A stretch of DNA of 64,000 bases from Azolla caroliniana. Lineage: Eukaryota > Plantae > Polypodiophyta. The notes below the pieces were generated by a model. That model ran no database searches, was not told the origin of the DNA, and saw nothing but the letters and a program-made list of their open reading frames with translations. The stretch covers positions 6,944,001 through 7,008,000 of the forward strand of contig JBHGNT010000010.1 of assembly GCA_043228905.1 (NCBI GenBank), in the 5' to 3' direction. Shown piece after piece: positions 52,382-64,000 of this stretch. Position 1 is the stretch's first letter; each line of letters begins with the position of its first letter. The translations under genes were made by a program, and so were the position numbers.

Positions 52382-55175
52382 GGTATATTTGATTCCATAA
52401 CGAAGGGTTGTTTCAAGATGTGGTAGTATCAGAGGGGGCTTTCCAGATGACTTTTGTTATTCCTTGGTGTCATGCTTCCCAATGTATTGCATATGTCCTA
52501 GTCATACATTCAAATGCTTGCTTGTATTTTTCTAATTTAAATTGCTTCTTGCGCAACTAATAAATTAGTATTTGGTCCAACTTGCAGAATATGCACATGC
52601 TTAAAGCAGCCATGTAAGTAGACTGGCATCTTTTCTTGCAATTTATCTGTGAGGGAGAGATGTTTATCCTACAAGACAAGGTATTCGTTATCGTAATAGA
52701 CCATTGGAGATGGTATCCCTAGTCCATGACATTGCAATAGATTATGGCTCAACTGCTGATCAATTAGTCTGTGTTACCTCACAACAAAATACACGTGGTT
52801 AGGTATGATTTCTACACAAGTGTTTGCCACTGTATGGGTTTTTGGGTAAAAAAGTAAGAATCTGCGTAGGGTGTTCTACTCATGTGGCTTCAACAATTCT
52901 TGTATCTTGATATCCATTTTATTGCTTTGTGCAATATTTGTGTCTGCATGAATACAGAATCAAATTGAGAAAAAAAGTAAGAATCTGCATAGGGTGCATT
53001 GCACCATTCTACTCATGTGACTTCAACAATTTCGTGCACCTTGCTAATCATTTTACTGCTTTGTAACGGGAAATTACTTGTCTAATTTTTTAGAATTTAA
53101 GTTGCTGAACAAAAATTGGTGAGGGTGTTAAGGAGTGGGAATACAGTAAATTCAAATTCTGTTATCATTGCGTTGTCTTTGATGATGTTTGTCTGCATGA
53201 ATACAGAATCTCAAATTAGGAAGATCCACAATCAGCTTGTATTTTGTCTGCATGTATTTGTCTGGATTTGGATAAAGGATGATTATACTTTGACACTGGA
53301 GACATTGTAGTGAAAGTATTCCAAGACACTAAGATCTCTCAATTTGGGTTTGTAATGTCAAAAGGTATAACCTTTCCTCTTAAAGCAACTGCAAAAGTTC
53401 CACATCAATTTGGGGTTGTAATGTCAACGGTATAACCTTTCCTCTAAAAGCAACTGCCAAAGTTCCACAATAGAAGCCTCTTTCTTATTAATTGAGAGAT
53501 AATATTTGGAATATTCCTTTGTTGAAAGGCCCAAAAAAGATATCTTGGCACAAAATGGGGGCGATTCCCTTTTTTTTTGGTAGGTCAAATTGTCTTCATG
53601 TCCACTTGCTAATTTCACACCAAATCCACCGTCAAGCAATACTATGGACAACATTTGATTTTGTGGGCCACATTGCCATTGATATTTCTTCATTGATGAT
53701 GGATTGTAAGCATTATATTCATTGTCAACTTTCACCTATTCACGTGCATGATAATGCGTTATTTCTTCCTTGTCTATTTGTAGCTCCACGTAGTGTGACA
53801 TGTAGCACCATGGCATATTTGGTTCTAAGGTTAGCTCTATTAGGGACTTCCTTGGAATCCATGTCCACTTGCTATGTACCTCTCCGATGACCTCTTCCCT
53901 TGGAATTTGTTTCATTCTATTGACTTGTCTTGATGATGTTCAATATGCTGTCCTTCGACCATATGTCACTGCTCATTTTACAAATAGAGCACCTACATTT
54001 GTTGAGAGCATACTTTGTTGCAATCTTGTGTGTCCATTTTCACTAGGTATGACATTGGCAATGTACTTGGTTGTGTGGCATGCATTGTGAAGTCTTCATT
54101 TCAAGTCTTCAAAGAGATGTCAAAAAGTTTACAATGCGGTCTGTTATTGTATCTTCATTGTCAATTTTATTAGTATCAAAGCACCGTTTGCCAATTACTG
54201 TTGCAGTTAGGTTGGTTGTTTTCTGCCTTACCACCACCTTCTTTCCAATTCTGCACATGTCCTTTCTTGGGCATCACTACTTCCTTTCATGCTATCCTTC
54301 ACATTTATGGATTTCCAAAATACTAGCTCTTGCTAATATTCTATATAACTTATCAATATAAGACTATTTGTAAATATCTAATCTCTATTAGCATCCCTGA
54401 ACACACAAATTTACGGAATATTATTGTGTATCTGTTGGCAACCAATGATATCCCAAAATAGGTCCACATCCATCTCTTTGACTGCTTTAGAGCATCAGAT
54501 CTCCTTTCTTCAAAGGTTTCAATTCCCAGAAGCAACCATTTGCAAATTTACATTAAAAGATCCAATGTTTCAATGCATACCTTTTTCCAAATTTCCCATG
54601 CTATATAAGCACTTGTAATCTTAACCCAAAACATCTTTACAATCCAATAAAGTCGTATCATTAAAACATTCAGCCCTATACAAAGACGTTTATGCATTTG
54701 GAATAGGAGATTATCTTTATTAATTTCCTTCTGAAGTTTGCACTGAGAACATCAAGAATCACTATGTGAACTAAAGAAAATTATATTTGAGCTATGAGAA
54801 CCTCATCATGAAAGCAATATGCACAGAATGTCGATTAATCAAACATTTGTACCAAAATTTACAACATTAAGCTATTTGTGCACAGTATATCAAAATGGAT
54901 GAAACCAAAAACTCTAGTTCTTAACAAATAAGAAACAGGGATTCTTACGATGATCTCCTGCAAGAAATCCAACAGGAAGGGGGCAATGTGCTACAACGTA
55001 AACAAGCAGTGTCCTCTTTAGAATGTAAGAAAAGCATAATGAATGAAACAACCCAACAACCAACATAGAATCTTGTTAGAAAGGCGAAAACAGTCGAACA
55101 TTTTCAGCCGAAAAATATAAGATGATTTCATGAAGACATAGGTTTAGCCATAAAGGTGATACATGTCAACCAACA

Positions 55176-56321
55176 TTAGCCATAGCCATATGATGCATCA
55201 GGTTGTTTGACGACTTCTTTGAATGGCGCTTCAATACGCTCTTTGACAAAACACTTTTCAACACCATCTAGTACAAGCAAAACTTTTCCTGGGGGGCATA
55301 CTTTTTTCTTTGGGACTAGAGGTCTGGGGGATACTTCATTGTTTAGATTCTCTCCACTTGATTTCATCTTCTTTGATATTCTTTCTATTGACCATTTCCT
55401 AAACCTAGGTTCGGATAGTGAAACTGCAAATACGGTGATGATGCCAGAAAGCACCAAGAGAGTTTTTGAAGAAAACTGAACAACTTTAGCAGCTCTAGAA
55501 GCCAAGCTAGATAGTGCGACTGGAAACCCTAAGAAATTTCTAGAACCAGTTTTTGTCTCACTGTCATTGTTATTGGGTTTGCCAATTTGATCATCATCAT
55601 CATCATCATCATTAGCATCATTATCTTGAACTGTGCTTACCAATGAGACTCTTCTAGGTGATGAGCTTCGTTGTGGTAATGATGAATCTCCGAAAGTGAG
55701 GATATGTCCAATTGGGACTTGATATGGAGGCAGTACAAGGTCATCTTTCCGTTGTAAGGGTACGCCAACAAATGTGTGTGCCTCCTCTATTATCTCCCAC
55801 TCCGTGCCATTATACTCTCGGAGCCTTCGGATAAGAGTGTTGCGCCTCTCCTCAAGGTCCACCAAGAGATCCTCTCTCTCAGACTTCTGTCTTTTCTGTA
55901 AATCCTGTACCAATAATATCCAAGAAAAACAGGTTTAAATAAATAATCAATTAAATAAATGAAAATCATAAGAAAATAAACAAGACGCCTTACAACGAAA
56001 ATGGAAAAAGTAAATTAAAAATAAAATAAAGCAAATATGAGAGAAAACCTGCAATGAGTGAAGGCAGCGATGTAGATCAAGGAGGGCATGGCGAATAGCA
56101 CCAAGCTTCTGTTTATTATCCCGCGTACCAATATTCTGAGCTTTGCTTTGAGAGAAAGGTTCTTCATCTCCATGTCCATGCCCATCTTCTTTTTCATCAC
56201 TGGCATCTTCTTCTTGCACTTGTTCTTCTTCTTCTTCTGCTCTGGATATGGCGATGTCGAGCTTGGCCTGCAGCTCGGAGGCCCTGTGGAGCACACTCTT
56301 CATCTCTGAAGGCTCCAACAT
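55176..56321 (-). CDS. PDV2: Plastid division protein PDV2-like, 333 aa, exons 56321-56049 and 55904-55176
   Basis: N-terminal VLHRASELQAKL, coiled coil LQDLQKRQKSERE...LREYNG.EWEIIEEA.TFVG, a TM segment, and C-terminal CPPGKVL...KCFVKERIEAPF...PDASYGYG with the conserved terminal Gly. GT-AG phase-0 intron. Confidence 0.9.
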
Positions 56322-57906
56322 GGATTTAAGGAAAACAGTGTTCTCTGGGGGGGGTTACTCTGTTTTTTCTTCTGTATTTTTTTGTTTTCCTGTGTGTGTG
56401 TGAGATAGAGAGAAGGGTAGGGTGAAATAAAATGTGAAGAAGGGTTTAGAATTTTATCCTTTTGTCTCTACAACAAAGAGTTAGGGGGGGCATCAAACAT
56501 TTTAGTGTGTGGACTGGCTCTCGACAAAACATATGTATTTGTGCATGAAGAATGAGTTCACCGATGGACGTGACCCGCCCGAAGATCATAGCATGCGCCA
56601 CCTTATTCGATCAAAGTAGAAAACGATAAGGGGCCCGCTCGATATTCGACTGGTAGGTCCGAGTCAATCCAATCTCCGATTACCAAGAATGCTTCTTGGA
56701 ACATTTTAGGGAGTGCGCATGAGGCTTGAAAGCTTTACAGCTTCTATCCTTGAAAAAGTGTAATATTCTTTTTCTCGTTACCAATGAAGTGAAATTTAAT
56801 TTGGGAACAGTGGACAATCCATACTACATAATTGAGGGCAATCACGAACCTAGTGACTCGGATGCAAGTTGATGTATGCATGTCCAATGAGTATACAACA
56901 ATGACGATTATGAACAAAACCTTACTAATTTGTCCCTAAAGCTCACATGGGCTAGGTGGATGCACACATCATTGGTTGTATAACAACCACCTAAGTTGTT
57001 GAAATTCCAATGAAGAGAGAATGTATCATAAATAATATATCAAACATTGTATGTATCATGAAGACATCAGTTCACAATCGTTCATGTTATTACTAACACG
57101 AAAGCCATTCAAACCACAAAAACACTAACAAGAGGGGAGAGAAACAACAATATATTTGTTATACACATTGATTTTAGCCGAAGAGGAGCAAATGGCATAA
57201 ACTTATTGATCTAAGGGTTTATCTCTTGTGCCTTTTCTTGAGATCATGTTAAGGGCATTTTGGGATTAACGTAGATGTAACACATTTGGTTTTGCAATGG
57301 ATTTTATGAGGGTGGTAGAGCTTGATTGTTAACATCAAGCATTCCATGTAATTCGGACCTTATCTTGTATCTAAGATCGGCCACGTCCACGTGCAAGATT
57401 TGTCCTCGAGGGCATCTCAAGCCAGGTTTTATTTACACTGAACGCCGACAAAGGCAAGTTTTGATGGGGATGTATGTCACACATTGCGGATTGTGTCACG
57501 GGTTGGGTTCCGGGACGGGGGGAGCGTTAACGACGGGCGAGCAACAAAACAAGAAGATTTTTCACAAATGTCAATGGGAGATGGACAAAAAGCAAAAGCA
57601 AAAGAAAAAAACAATAGACTTCTAAATCTGAAAAGAGAAAACAAAAGGAAAGGGGGGTAAAAAAGCAAGGCTCGAGATGCATGCATGGATGGAATGGGTT
57701 AATAGTTAAGGAAAAAGGAGGAGAAAAAGAAAGAAAGAAAGAAAGAAAGAAGAAGAAGAAGAGAGTGTGGTCTATCTCATGATGGTGCATGCAATGTTGG
57801 TCCCAGGGTTGTTGCCATCTCTGTTCATCTGAGGGAAAAAAAAGCCCATTTTTCTCATGTGAATTTTAAGGGGGGGGGGGGGGGAGGTGCAAACCCTAAA
57901 TAAACC

Positions 57907-58683
57907 ATGGATTCTCCACAAGCCCATGGTGAAGGACTCTTCCCCATGTCAAGAAAGCAGCTTCAACAATCATCACCATCACCATCACCATCACCACCAT
58001 CACCATCAACACAAGCCATTGGCATTGGCCTTGGCCTTGGCCTCACCCCTTACATGACCCTCATGATAATCCTCCTTGTCATGGCCTTGGGCTGCTGCAG
58101 CCTTTGCATAGCCATCTACCTGCGGCGCACCACCGACCACCTCTTCCTCGACTTGGAGTTCCGGCACGCTGCTGCCTCTCGCTCTTCCTTCCCCCGGCAC
58201 TTTCGGCCAGGTCGTGCCGCTGCCCCGACCAATCCGGTGCCTTCCCCCGGCCCCGGCCCCGGGCTCGATCCCTTCACCCTCTCCAATTTCCCGCTTGTCC
58301 GCTTCTCATCGCTTAAGCGCCCCGGCCCCGCAACCCCTTCCGAATGTGCCGTCTGCCTCTCCGAATTCGGCTCCGATAGTGCCGGCACCTCGGGTTCGGG
58401 TCCCGGGTTGCTCCTCCGGCAACTCCCCGTGTGTAAGCATGTCTTCCACCCTTGGTGCATCGCCACGTGGCTGGAATCCCACACGACATGCCCAATCTGC
58501 CGCCACAACCTCGCCGCCCCCGCCAAATGGCTCACGGGATGGGCGGCCGCCTCGTTGCCCCGCATGGCCCCCTCCACCTCGCACGGGTTCACCAATGTGG
58601 AGGGAGACGTCGAACTTGTGAGAAACCAAGAGGCCAGTAGTAACCCCCGCCCACTACTACCGGACAGTGTGAACACGCCATAG
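57907..58683 (+). CDS. ATL-family RING-H2 E3 ubiquitin ligase, intronless, 258 aa
   Basis: N-terminal hydrophobic TM (MTLMIILLVMALGCCSLCIAIYL), GLD motif, and RING-H2 CAVC...LPVCKHVFHPWCIATWLESHTTCPICR. Confidence 0.93.
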   Translation: MDSPQAHGEGLFPMSRKQLQQSSPSPSPSPPSPSTQAIGIGLGLGLTPYMTLMIILLVMALGCCSLCIAIYLRRTTDHLFLDLEFRHAAASRSSFPRHFRPGRAAAPTNPVPSPGPGPGLDPFTLSNFPLVRFSSLKRPGPATPSECAVCLSEFGSDSAGTSGSGPGLLLRQLPVCKHVFHPWCIATWLESHTTCPICRHNLAAPAKWLTGWAAASLPRMAPSTSHGFTNVEGDVELVRNQEASSNPRPLLPDSVNTP

Positions 58684-61517
58684 AAGACACCATAGAAGAC
58701 GGAACCGAGGGACATCATCATCGTCCACCACCACTTCCAATGCGAAATGATTTTGGCCAAAACTCCAGTCCCATGCATGTGTGTTCTTAAAAACAATTCC
58801 TCCCATCTCCTTTTTTAGGTCCCACATTAGGACCATGAATGGCATCTTTAATGTTTGGATGTTTTTCTAATGCCAATTTTATTTGATGGTGCCATACTAT
58901 CCACAAGTCATGTCTAGCTAGATACAGGGCCTACCTAGCCCTTATATGGTTATATATCTTTATGACTACCAAAGACATAACTAATCTTGGAGACATTTTT
59001 CTATGCATGAACCACATTTCACATCACTGGAGGACATCTTGGTGGTCTCAGGAACATTTACTCGTAGTGGTATCTGAACATTACACATACACATATCGAA
59101 GAAGACATTAGGATGCACACACTAACACAATTGAAGAAGCTTCCTTCTAAAAAATCCATTAGAGTGAACGCTTCTTCGAAAATTCACATGTATGTATGGA
59201 TGCTCCCTTGTTTGGAAATGTATCATGTATCCTCATCATTAACACTAGGTATTCATATCCCTCCATTGAATTATCCATGTTAATGTTGTATTCTATGCTT
59301 ATGTATGCCATTTTCATCTTGAGGTTTCAACTTTGTGATGTCATTTGCACATGTATCCTTATCCTTGTTACTTGCCTCATTTCCTCTTATTCTTCTTCAG
59401 GAATGCGTTTTTTCAACTCTTTAAGATTTTATTGCGATGCTTATGAGAGTTACGACTCCATTAATGAGATTGCTCCTAGTGTTCTGAGTTGCTTTCACCA
59501 TGTATTGTATTAGTTGCTTTCTAGGGGATATGTTTGTTTTTGTGTCTATTCTTTTAGTTACAAAGCAAAATAGGTTGTAACGTTCGTTTGTGATTGTGGT
59601 TATTATATTTATATTTTATCGACGCTATGGCTTAATGCCACATCTCATCTTTTACATGAATTTTGGCTTGCACACATAAATCATGGCACCATTCTTATTT
59701 AGTACTTAACAAGCATCCTTGAAAAGAAGCGTTCATTGTTTCTTATGGGTGCATCCACTATGCCAAGTTAAATCTCAAATTTTGTTGCAAAGTAGGCATG
59801 AGTACTTACAAGCATCCTTGAAAAGAAGGGTCCATTGTTTCTTATGGGTGCATCCACTATGCCCCAAGTTTGCACCATTATTAATCCCACATCATATTTT
59901 GATAGACGTCTTTGTTTCATATGTCGTCTTGTCATTTACCTATGAATTTTACTCATCAAAATTCAAGGAACTCTTGTTGGTTTAAAGTTGTGTCCACATA
60001 GGTTTTTTAGGACAATACAATTCAAGGTGTCAAAAACTAGGTAGACCTAAATTTTACATTAAGTTTTGGAGATATTTAGAAATAAAACCTGTGCATTTAT
60101 GCAGGCTTACTCAACAAGTTCCCCATGAAATTGCGTTGTGAGTTAAATGTCCAAGTCGAGGGTTTGCTAGTGCTAGTTTATGTAACATGCCTTTTAAAGT
60201 ATTCCAAATGGAGGATATGGAATATGCTCCGTGGAGGTGTTGGATTACCAATTTGTCAACTAGTGGATTCATCATGATCTCATGCACATTGCATCAACTT
60301 TAAACATGAGGTGAAAGTGTTTCATCATAAATGTAAACATCGAGGAAATTCGAAACACCTAGAGTAAATTTCTCTAGCGAGACTCGATTGAAAGAGTTAA
60401 TTAATTGTGATGATAATTAAAGCCACGAATGGGAAACTCTTGACATGCAAATTTCTAGAAAAGTTGCTTACTTGGGTCGACTTGGATTTCTGCTTTCGAG
60501 AGACATTCACAAACTGGATTTACACATGTATATAGATATAGATATAGATATAGAGATGGGTTTCATATTCTTGAAATTAGCACTTATTACATGGCAGATC
60601 CGTTCATCCTCATGTTATTGAAATGATCCTTTTACTAAAGCCCCCATTTAGATTTTGTTTTTTCAATGAAGTTTTACGAATAAATACTATGCAAGTTTTG
60701 AAAGGAAACCAACAGTTGCATAACAACTATTCCAAAGAACATTTATATTTCAATGCAAGGAGAAAATGTTATGTTTCTAATTAATTCTAACGCATCACAC
60801 AAAAGGAATGGCATTCTATCACATATATAAAAATAAGTTGTCAAAACAATGAATGCAAGATGCATTCTTCACTGAACACACTGCTAGCAACACAACGAAT
60901 GGTGTACTACTGCATGTATAAAATAAATTGTTAAACTGAAGCAAAAATGTGCTCGTAACTACAAATGACAGAATTTTGGAATCCAAACCAGGTGCTATAT
61001 AACCAAAAAGGGACACAAAAATACACTGTATTATACAAAGAGACTCCATAAAAGAAGTAATTTGAATCCAATATAACCAAAATGAAGCAAATATACACTA
61101 ATAATCAATCACCATCACATTTGTATTCAGAATCCAATAGCATGAAGTGCTAGATCCAATATAGACCCAAAATGCACTTGTATTTATTAAAATGGACTCA
61201 ATAATACCATTCTAATTTCCAATATTTGGTCACAAAGAAATCCAATAGAGAGATCACGCGAATAAGCAAAAAATAGCTACTCTGTAAGAGATTCATCATC
61301 GTTCATATACTTGATTACAAATTGTTAAACTGTTCACCTTGCTTCTTAGCACAATATTAATTTACATGGTCTCATAGCATACCATCATATATTCTTTCGA
61401 TGAGCTTTCCTCGTCATCATTATCCTCGGTCATCATAAAGCCGGGGGAGAAGAACCAACCCCTCTCGTTTCCGACCTCCATTACATGTCATCAGGTAGTA
61501 AACAATGGCTTTTTACA

Positions 61518-64000
61518 TTAATTCCCAACAGCTTGTGTCACACCCTTTGTTTTCCCCTTTGCAGTCACTGCCACAGAGGCAGACTCTGCAGGTAACGATG
61601 GAGAAGGAGAAGGAGAAGGAGAAGAAGGTGATACCGATGTCTGAACTATGGCTGGTTTCACACTGGGAGAAGCTGCCTCTGCAAGAATCTCTTTTATCTG
61701 ATTTCCACTTAGTGTCTCGCGCTCTAAAAGAGCTTTAGCTAACACATGCAAATCCTCTTGGCGAGTTGTCAAAATATGTTTCGCATTCTCGTATGCACTT
61801 TGTAAGAGATCCCGAACCTCTTTCTCAACAAGTAGCCGTGTCTCAGTGCTCATATTGTTGCCATCATTTGCATAGTCATGCACTACATGGCCAACTGCTT
61901 TACTCATCCCAAACTTAGTTACCATCAATCGGGCGAGGTCAGTGGCAGATTTAAAATCATGTGAAGCACCAGATGTTACTTCATTATCCCCGAATATAAG
62001 CTCTTCAGCAGCTCGTCCACCCATTGCTACGTTTAGACGAGCTAGCATTTGCTTCCTTGAGAGGCTATCTTGATCCTTATCAGGGAGTTGTGCTACCATT
62101 CCGAGAGAAGAACCACGAGGAACAATAGTGGCTTTATGTACTGGCATTGCTCCATCTGTAGAGAGGGCGACAAGAGCATGCCCACCTTCGTGGTAAGCAG
62201 TTAGTTTTCTTGATTCTTCAGATATGACTGCTGACTTCCTCTCACTACCCATCATTATTCTGTCTTTGGCGTATTCAAGCTCTGACATGCCCACTGACTT
62301 TGCACCATCCATGGCTGCCCTTAATGCTGCAACGTTGACGAGGTTTGCTAAATCGGCACCTGAGAATCCAGGCGTTCCTCGAGCAATTGTCATGAGATCC
62401 ACGTCGTCAGACTTTAAAATCTTTCAGCAACAACAAAAGAGTTTTTAGCTTAGTTATCCATAAACTTTAACACTATTTAGCATATATCTAATTCCAAAAT
62501 CAATAAATTTGAGAAAAATTGGACACAACAAAAGAAGATGTGCCTAGTTAAATAACTGAAATAATCAAAAGAATTGGCATAATAAAGCAAACATTTCCAA
62601 GATTTCTAGTTTCAAGAATCACAATTTTTGAAGAAATTTGATGTAAGAAAGGAAAAATTAGCAACATTTGCAATAACATTTTGAGACTAACCATAATAAA
62701 CCAAGCATATACAAGATCTCTAGTTTCATAATCATTTTGAACATTTTAGCTATATAAAACAAGTACGTTGGCAATATTTCTAGCTTAATAGCTTAATAAA
62801 CAATAAGTACAAGTGATTTGGCATTATAAATCAAATCTCTGCACCAAATTCAAGAAACTTAATACAATAATGCGAAGATCTCTCTCAATATCTTTAGTTT
62901 AAAAAATCAGTAACTTTGAGAAACTCAGCATACAACGCAATTAAGTGCAAATAATGTCTAGCCCAACTTACTTTAGACATGTGGTATTCTAAGATCTGGC
63001 GCCGACCCTCCACATCAGGATTTGGCACAACAACATGTCGATCGAAGCGTCCAGGACGAATAAGTGCTTTATCAAGGGACTCTGGAAAGTTTGTTGCCGC
63101 GATAACGATAATACCTTCATTCTGCTTAAAGCCATCGAGTTCTACTAAAAGTTGATTCAAAGTCATCCTAACGTATTGTTGATCTTTTGGGTTCCGGCTT
63201 CCTCCGATTGCATCAATCTCATCCATAAACACTATGCATGGAGATCTCTTCTTTGCAGCTGCAAAAAGATCCCGAACACGTCTTGCACCCACACCCACAA
63301 ACATCTCTTCAAACTCACTACCACTACAATAGAAAAAAGGGACTCCAGCTTCGCCAGCAATGGCACGTGCAAGCATGGTCTTGCCAGTACCTGGTGGACC
63401 AACTAATAGAACACCCTTTGGGAGCTTGCCACCTAGTACAGTAAAACGCTGAGGACAAAATTGTAACAAGTCAACCAAATAGTAATAAAAAAGCACAAAA
63501 GTAATAATAAAAAAAGTAACAAAATCAATGGATCGTCATGAAATTGGCAAAGTAACAATAAAGTAAACAAAATAGCAATACGGAAATCAACAAAATATTA
63601 AATGGAGAGCAATCTTCTAGTTAATTGTATGTTTCATGATTATGACACACCTTTGGGTCTCGTAAATAGCATACAATCTCTTCAAGTTCTGCCTTGGCTT
63701 CATCCACACCTTTGACGTCACTAAATTTTGTATTCGACTCTAAGCTCGGCTGTGGCTCCTCACTCAATCCTAGGCCTGCTGATGATGTGAAAACTAAATA
63801 AGCCAACAAAAATAACATGAAAAATGAATCAATTAATAATAATAACGCTCACCTTTTCCAATACCGCGGTCCTCAAAAAGCGCTCCTACAGCAGACACCA
63901 TAAGGAATGCCAGTGCTAAGGTCCGTATAGTCCGCCAAAATTGTTGCTTGAAACCACCCTCGGAAGTGACCATATGAATTGGTGAAGAAGAACTTCCTAG
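61518..64000 (-). CDS. FTSH4: Mitochondrial i-AAA protease FTSH4-like, 3' part; exons >64000-63853, 63775-63651, 63448-62972, 62420-61518
   Basis: [18 protein letters not shown], Walker A GPPGTGKT, Walker [23 protein letters not shown], zinc motif HEGGH, and [19 protein letters not shown] region. Phase-compatible GT-AG introns. Confidence 0.95.

Noticed and set aside
53470-54600. Possible LINE endonuclease remnant between SNX1 and PDV2
   Set aside because: Only vague similarity by eye and no unambiguous motif; needs a profile search.
58116-58796. 226-aa antisense ORF over the ATL gene, and antisense ORFs over the pol regions
   Set aside because: Shadow frames of GC-rich coding sequence with no recognisable motifs.

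Overview
Eukaryotic land-plant nuclear DNA with GT-AG introns, abundant (GA)n/(CA)n microsatellites and nested LTR retrotransposons; a fern or other non-seed plant is a guess. It holds six host genes: a group-I CDPK (10267-14438, +), an At4g21190/At4g18975-family PPR gene (about 16654-21149, +), sorting nexin SNX1 (44775-52381, +), plastid-division PDV2 (55176-56321, -), an ATL RING-H2 ligase (57907-58683, +) and the 3' part of FTSH4 (61518 to beyond 64000, -). The left end holds a decayed copia inserted into a Tcn1/sushi-like gypsy fragment, plus a hAT-type MITE. A four-deep nest on the minus strand fills 22.6-44 kb: copia A hosts copia B, which hosts an Athila/OTA-like gypsy C (TSD TGCTG), which hosts a chromovirus D (TSD ATAGT, apparently identical LTRs). 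The most striking observation is in element C. It has no polypurine tract; 2 nt from its 3' LTR it carries a 17-nt copy of the tRNA-Arg 3' end ending in CCA, i.e. an inverted primer-binding site. This suggests tRNA-primed plus-strand synthesis, or else an internal region inverted relative to the PBS. C also encodes an extra ORF of about 1020 aa (folded N-terminal domain, NLS-like linker, long coiled coil), and its 5' leader was overwritten by a 116-bp copy of its own 3' flank.
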